DNA of 64,000 nucleotides from Entomortierella parvispora E1425 (Eukaryota; Fungi; Mortierellomycota): NCBI GenBank assembly GCA_020891255.1, contig BQFW01000011.1, positions 868,001 to 932,000 of the forward strand, read 5' to 3'. Shown piece by piece: positions 61,601 to 64,000 of this stretch (position 1 is its first letter; each line of letters starts with the position of its first letter). The notes under the pieces were generated by a model. It saw only the letters and a program-made list of their open reading frames with translations, ran no database searches and was not told where the DNA came from. The position numbers and the translations under genes were made by a program.

Positions 61601-62782
61601 CTTTGTTCTGCCCTTTCTTCGGTCCTCTGATTCAGAGATATCCGGAGAATGGGACCGGGAGCGTTTTGAGCGGCCATCTGCGTACTTTGCATCCTGCTTC
61701 CTGGACATCTCCTTTGAAGAATACCGAGAAGCACTTCCGTTGACCTTTCTATCCCGATCCTCGTCTGAAGAAGAGTAATCTCCCTTGCGTCGAGATGAAG
61801 GAGAATTATATTTCGAAGGGGCAGTGCTGGAGGAAGGTCTTGTCTTTGGACTCGTTCTGGACTTCTCGGTCAACCGAGAGCTGGATTTGGCGAATGAGGG
61901 TATATTGATTTTGACCACAACCGGTGACCGGGACAAGCCAGAGGCTGTGTATCTACGCACCATGTCGGATATTTGCTTCTCATTAAGAACGGTGCAGAAC
62001 TGGCTCCTGGAAGTCTTCCTTGCTTTCGCATCCTTGGAGTAGGGCCGTGTTGATTCGGGAACAGCCTTTCCTGAGGTGGTTCCTGCTGGTCTTTTGCCTC
62101 CAATGTCCGGCTTTGAGTTGCGTCTCTGAGCAGTCTTTCGTCTATAAGTAGAGGTCATTGTGTGAGTGCGAGTCGACTTTGTAAATATCATTCATAAACA
62201 GTGCAAAAAAAAAAAAAAAACATCCGACTTTACCCAATGCTCTTGCGTTGACGAGAGCTACCGTCTCCATCGCTGGTTGCGACATTTTCAGACTCTGCTT
62301 CTGAAGAATCGCTATCCGAGCCAGAGTCTGAGCTGTCATCGCTGCTGCCTCCCAAGTTCAAGGGCACATTAGGCACTTTGCCCGGCTGTTTGCCTCCAGT
62401 CACGCTCCTGGCAGGAGTGGGCCAGGGAGGAAGGGTTGGACTTGGCATGGATGGCAATTTTTCAAATTCCTAAGGTTTTTTTTTGGAGCATGGGTGTCAG
62501 CGTAAAGTACGAGCGAAAGCCATGGGGGATATCAACATAAACATGTACGTACCTCCAAATATTTGTGAAGTTGAGTGAAAGGTGGACTTGGTGGGCTCTG
62601 ATGAAGGACGCCAAAAACAATAACAATGCAAGAACAAAAGGCGTTTCAGTACCATCTTCCAGGTGCATCCGTGAACCACACACACACATCAATTGACCAG
62701 AGAACGGGAACTTACATAATAGAAATGGGGTCGGATGTTACCGTTGGGATGCGACGTTGTCACCGGAGTACCCTTTTCACGA
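58614..62782 (-). CDS. AFF4/Ebp1-like elongation-complex scaffold, 5' end incomplete; complement(join(58614..59064,59209..59484,59592..62141,62234..62469,62553..62597,62716..62782))
   Basis: C-terminal helical domain starting GVTYKHSAD...SAIQYFLSTIEFIAAF aligns by eye with the AFF homology-domain motif AKKLKHNAD...KAVYYLDAVVSFIEC. Also an LPSMPSPTLPPW motif and a long R/S/D-rich disordered middle. All listed junctions are GT-AG and in phase. Confidence 0.65.
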
Positions 62783-63465
62783 CTGTGGTGGATGGCCGAA
62801 AAGGACAAGAGGATGGTCAAGACAATGGGTCAGTGACGGAAGAAGAGAAAAAGAGGAAAAACAGTAGCAGGGCAAGCCGACTGTGCGCCATGTGCTTGCA
62901 GAAATCGAACGTGCGCCAACAAAAGAAGGACACGGACACTCCTGGTTGGTCCTTTGTGTTGCCTTCCTGTCCATGTGGAGGCTCTTTGTGTTCCCTTCCC
63001 TTCCTTCTTGCACCTTGCCACACAAAAAGGCAGGCCACGCTCAGTCTCCATTCTTTGTCAATTGCTCGAGGCACCGACTTTCCGCAAGGCTGACCCCCCC
63101 CCCCCCACATTGACAACGCTTCATTCTTCGCACTGCAGATAATGTCTGTAGAGAATGAATAATATAGCGATATTCTCCTTACAAAAAAGGGGCAAGGGCA
63201 TCAGAGGAGGAAAATCCCCTCCCCAGGCTGTGTGGGGTTTTCCTCTTCCATTACGGTCTGGGCCAATGTTGCACACAAATATGCTTGCAAAGGGGGAGCA
63301 AGGCATGAAAAACAAGAAACCACGCACTCTATAGCTTTTTTTCCTCAGCCAACAGCACGCCCAGACAATCCGAGCAATCGGTTTTGCCTTCCCACCCTCC
63401 CATTCATTCGTGGTATTCAGTTGCCACATGTCATCAAAAGGCGCTTGCGCCTGTAGTCTACCGGT

Positions 63466-63680
63466 TCACAAGTACTGTCTTGCATGGGCCATCCTGAGGA
63501 CTTGCGCGCGCAGTTTTTTGGGGTCGGAAACGGCGGGTTCAGGGTTGGCGGGGGTGGCGGCGGGAGGGCCAAAAGTCTTCCGTTGCCGCCGCCAAGTCCA
63601 AGGATGAAACTGCTCTTTTGACACCAGCCATTGGGGGATGGTATCGTCTGCCCATCGATTCATGGCGATATCCATCGAGC
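63466..63680 (-). CDS. Possible upstream exon of the AFF/Ebp1-like gene, or a separate small ORF (MDIAMNRWADDTIPQWLVSKEQFHPWTWRR...)
   Basis: Protein-like composition, but I could not find a convincing splice path to 62782. Confidence 0.3.
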
Positions 63681-64000
63681 CCGCTTTACTCGTGTGCCGC
63701 ATGCTTCTTCGCGAAAGCTCTTTTTTTTTTTTTTTTTTTGGTCTTCGTGTGCCTTCATGCACCGATTCTCACGCTGCCCGGCCCCTTCTCTTCCCCTCCT
63801 AAAACCCTTTTTTCCCCTCTTTGTCTGCAGCCAACGATATTCTCGTCATTAACTGCAGTGGACAGATGGGCCATGAAATAGATCCAGATCATTGATCATG
63901 GTACCCATCTCTATCCCTATTCCCTATTTCTCTCTTCCTCTTTCTATTTTGTCCAGATGGCGTCCATAGATACTTTTTTCACGCCAAAAGATGTATTTCC

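Overview
Eukaryotic, intron-rich fungal DNA, most likely an early-diverging fungus (Mucoromycota, Mortierellaceae-like). This is inferred from GT-AG introns with CTRAY branch points, long poly(T)/(A) tracts and a methionine synthase reductase. I spliced about 18 protein-coding genes by hand: NDUFA4/MLRQ-family, MTRR, a CRAL-TRIO protein, HEM2, a single-pass S/P-rich membrane protein, a CDC1/MPPE1 metallophosphoesterase, three tandem pepsin-like (A1) proteases, RPL26, a CCCH+CCHC zinc-finger protein, eIF4A, RPA1, an Alba/RPP25 protein, an AFF4/Ebp1-like scaffold, two disordered hypothetical proteins and a 67-aa secreted peptide. The peptide (40619-40822, minus) is the standout. It has a signal peptide, a KR-terminated propeptide and a 33-aa six-cysteine mature peptide resembling plant knottins (PA1b/leginsulin, squash inhibitors). 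It has its own TATA box and sits in a 2.5-kb repeat-derived island (16-bp G-rich minisatellite, two diverged LTR-like copies, gag-like scrap) just upstream of RPL26. Other highlights are a probable H/ACA snoRNA in eIF4A intron 1, a 12-bp helix bridging RPL26 intron 2, a 9-nt terminal MTRR microexon and a paralog-specific intron in the pepsin array. All calls are by eye and from recalled family motifs; no database search was run.
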